DNA of 64,000 nt. Source: Lama glama. Its lineage: Eukaryota. The DNA lies in assembly GCA_028534125.1 (NCBI GenBank), contig CM052818.1:10418001-10482000 (forward strand), read 5' to 3'. The position numbers and the translations under genes are program-made. The notes under the pieces were generated by a model, which saw only the letters and a program-made list of their open reading frames with translations, made no database searches and was not told the DNA's origin. Shown here in pieces: positions 61,395-64,000 of the stretch. How positions within the stretch are numbered: the first letter of the stretch is position 1; each line of letters begins with the position of its first letter.

Positions 61395-63149
61395 CAGTAG
61401 TCCCTCCTTGTCCACAGTTTTGCTGTCCTCAGTTTTAGTTGCCTACAGTCAGCTGCAGTCTGAAAATATTAAATGGAAAATTTCAGAGCCAAACAATTCA
61501 AAATTATTAAATTGCACACTGTTCTGAGTGGCATGATAAAATCTCACACCCTCCATCTCTGTCCTGCCCAAGACAGGAATCATCCCTTTGTCCAGTGAAT
61601 CCTGCCCGTTAGTCACTTAGTAGCGTCTCAGTTACCAGATCAGCTGTCGTGGTATCACAGTGCTTGTGTTCAAATAACCCTTATTTTACTTAATAACGGC
61701 CCCCAGAGCTCAAGAATAGTGATGCTGGAAATTCAGATAGTGCTTCTTTTAACTGAATAGGTGAAAGTTCTTGGCTTAAGGAAAGGAAATCGTGTGCAGA
61801 GATTGCTAAGATCTATAGTAAGAATGAATCTTTTCTTTATGAAATTGTGAAAAAGGAAAAAAGAATTTCCAAAGAAGACATGCAGATGACAAATAGGCAC
61901 ATGAAAACAAGCTCAATGTCACTAATCATCAGGGAAGTACAAATCAAAACCGCAATGAGATACTACCTCAAACCTGTCAGAAAGGCTCTTATCAAAAAGA
62001 CAAGAAACAATTGTTGGTAAGGATGTGGAGAAAAGGGAACTCTTATGCACTGTTGATGGGAATGTAAATTGGTGCCGCCACCAAGGAAAAGAGTGTGGAA
62101 ATTCCTCAAAAAATTAAAAATAGAACTACCATATGATTCACAAATTACACTTTAGGATGTTTATCTGAAGAAAGCAAATATACCAATTTGAAAAGATATA
62201 TGTAGCTCTAAGTTAATTGCAGCATTATTTACAATAGCCAGGATATGGAAGCAACCTAAATGTCCATCAGTAGATGAATGGATACAGAATATGTGGTGGA
62301 TATCTAGAATGGAATATTACTGAGCCATAAAAAGAAAGAAATCTTGCTATTTGCAGCAACATGGATGGACCTAGAAGGTATTATGCTAAGTAAAGTAAGT
62401 CAGACAGAGAAAGACAAATGCCATTTGATTTTACTTATATGTGGAATCTAAAAAACAAAACAAACGAACAAAATAAAATAGAAACAGACTCAGATACAGA
62501 GAAGAAACTGGTGGTTGCCAGAGGGGAGGAAGGTGTGTGTGTTGGGGCAAATAAAATACGTGAAGGGGATTAAAAGGTACAGACTTACAGCTATAAAACA
62601 AATAAGTCATGGGGATGTAATGTACAGAATAGGGAATTTAGTCAGTGATATTGTAACAATTTTGTATGGTGACAGATGGTAAGTAGACTCATCATGGTGA
62701 TCATTTCATAATATATAAAAATATCGAATCACTATGATGTACTCCTGAAACTAATATAATATTGTGTGTTAATTAAAATTCAGTAAAAAAAAGAAATTTG
62801 TGCTAATTTTGCTGTTACACCTCAGACTGCAAAAGTTATGGCCAGTGTGTGTAAAGTGCTTAGTTAAGATGAAAGAGGCATTAAATTTATATACCAAGAT
62901 ATCGAGAGAGAGAAAGAGAGACCAAATCCATATAACTTTTATTATAGTGTATTGTTATAATTGTTCTATTTTATTGTTAGTTATTGCTGGTAATCTCTTA
63001 CTGAGCCTAATTTATAAATTAAAGTTTATCATAGTTATGTACATATAGGAAAAAACATAGTATGTTCAGGGCTTGGTACTGAAATCTGCAGTTTCAGGCA
63101 TTCACTGGAGGTCTTGAACAATTTCCCCATGAATAAGGGGAAACAGTTG
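61395..63149 (+). mobile_element. MER44 (Tigger7-derived DNA transposon, MER44C/D-like), complete with both TIRs, split by L1
   Basis: 5' TIR cagtagtccctccttgtcc; internal aaaatattaaatggaaaatttcag...ggcccccagagctcaagaatagtgatgctgg; resumes gaaatttgtgctaattttgctgttacacctcagactgcaaaagtt; 3' TIR gaataaggggaaacagttg followed by TA. Confidence 0.92.
61866..62790 (+). mobile_element. 5'-truncated L1 (L1MA-like), ORF2 C-terminal remnant plus 3' UTR
   Basis: frame from 61868 reads [38 protein letters not shown]...[19 protein letters not shown]...WKQPKCPSVDEWI (L1 ORF2p Cys-rich domain, several stops); A-rich TSD-like aaaaaagaa(a)ttt on both sides. Confidence 0.95.
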
Positions 63150-63319
63150 TACTTAGTGTGACATTATTGGCCTTTTTTATCTGCTCATGGGCCTGTCTTG
63201 GAAAGAGCATATTATAATTATGTGGGGTGGGTGCTATGTCTTATACTTTATAACATCCTCTGGTACCACTTGCTGACCTAGTGACTACTTACTTTTTAAT
63301 AGGTGCCTTTTAATAGGCT

Positions 63320-64000
63320 TTTCATAGGTGCTGTCTATGTCCTTGGTTACAGCCTAGTCCTTATCAACATCTATAACTGTTCCTTCCCCAAAATCTTGAT
63401 TTCTAGCCTCACTTTTTGAACACTGTATGCTATGTTTTCAGCACCCCCTCTTCAGTGCTCTTCAGTCCCAAAGGAACCTTCAGTCTATGGAGTCTACTGC
63501 CTATTCCTCCTCTCCATTGTCCTCCTCAGGCTGAGAATCGCGGTTACTGATAAAACAAACATCCTTACATGGCACTGAGCACTCTTACCTGCTCCTTCTC
63601 CATTGAATTGTCCTGTCAAAGCCCTAACTCTGCCTACCCTGGACCCATGCCCAAGTAGCTAAACGTGGCTGGAGAAAGTACACCACTGTGTTGACTTTCC
63701 CTTTGTGAAGACAAATCTCAGTTCCACAATCTGACCACATTCCCTTTGTGAATTTACCTGCCTTCTCTTTCCAGATGCTACTTCAAACCTCCCTTCCCTT
63801 TAAAATGCCAACGCTCCTCCCTCCTTTGTGTGGAGGATCTCACTTCTTATTTTCCAGAGACAAATAGGAGTAGTCAGATGAGGATCTCTCCTCTGTGCAC
63901 CAGGACATGAACCGACCTCCCTGAGTGGGAACCATCATGCTCAGCCTACCTCCTGTGCGAGCTGTGCCACCTCTGACGTCAGCCCCTGCAGCTCAGCCCC
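63320..64000 (+). mobile_element. L2 internal (ORF) fragment, runs off the window
   Basis: cctagtccttatcaacatc...ggaaccttcagtctatgg...tggctggagaaagtacacc...ttcaaacctcc...gatctcacttcttattttccagagacaaatagg. Confidence 0.7.

Noticed and set aside
1..64000. Prokaryote-type systems (CRISPR arrays, operons, defence islands) or an intact gene
   Set aside because: The sequence is mammalian, CpG-depleted and repeat-rich. I see no regularly spaced repeats and no long ORF with recognisable domains other than a dead L1 ORF2 piece.

Overview
This is mammalian genomic DNA, not prokaryotic, and almost certainly camelid: it carries a tRNA-derived SINE matching my recollection of camelid Vic-1, plus cetartiodactyl-type L1 3' ends. 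I find no intact protein-coding gene, RNA gene, CRISPR array or operon, and the short ORFs in the track look like noise. The window reads as a large intron or gene desert rich in old repeats (MIR/MIR3, L2, L1M, LTR33, MLT1, hAT and Tigger MITEs), with a few young retroposon insertions that have clear target-site duplications (TSDs). It also contains several repeat-free, homeobox-motif-dense blocks resembling conserved enhancers and a 500-N scaffold gap. The most interesting observations are: (1) a candidate decayed coding exon on the minus strand at ~12.8-14.6 kb whose frame continues across an L1 insertion once one TSD copy is removed; (2) an unexplained ~130-190 bp inverted repeat pair at 28.2/29.6 kb; (3) a young L1 3' transduction at 2.56-2.79 kb; (4) a tiny retro-insertion at 61.1 kb joining an L1-like end to a Vic-1-like tail. 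Repeat family names come from remembered consensus sequences, and boundaries of old repeats are approximate. I cannot identify the host locus and cannot support a claim of a new biological system.
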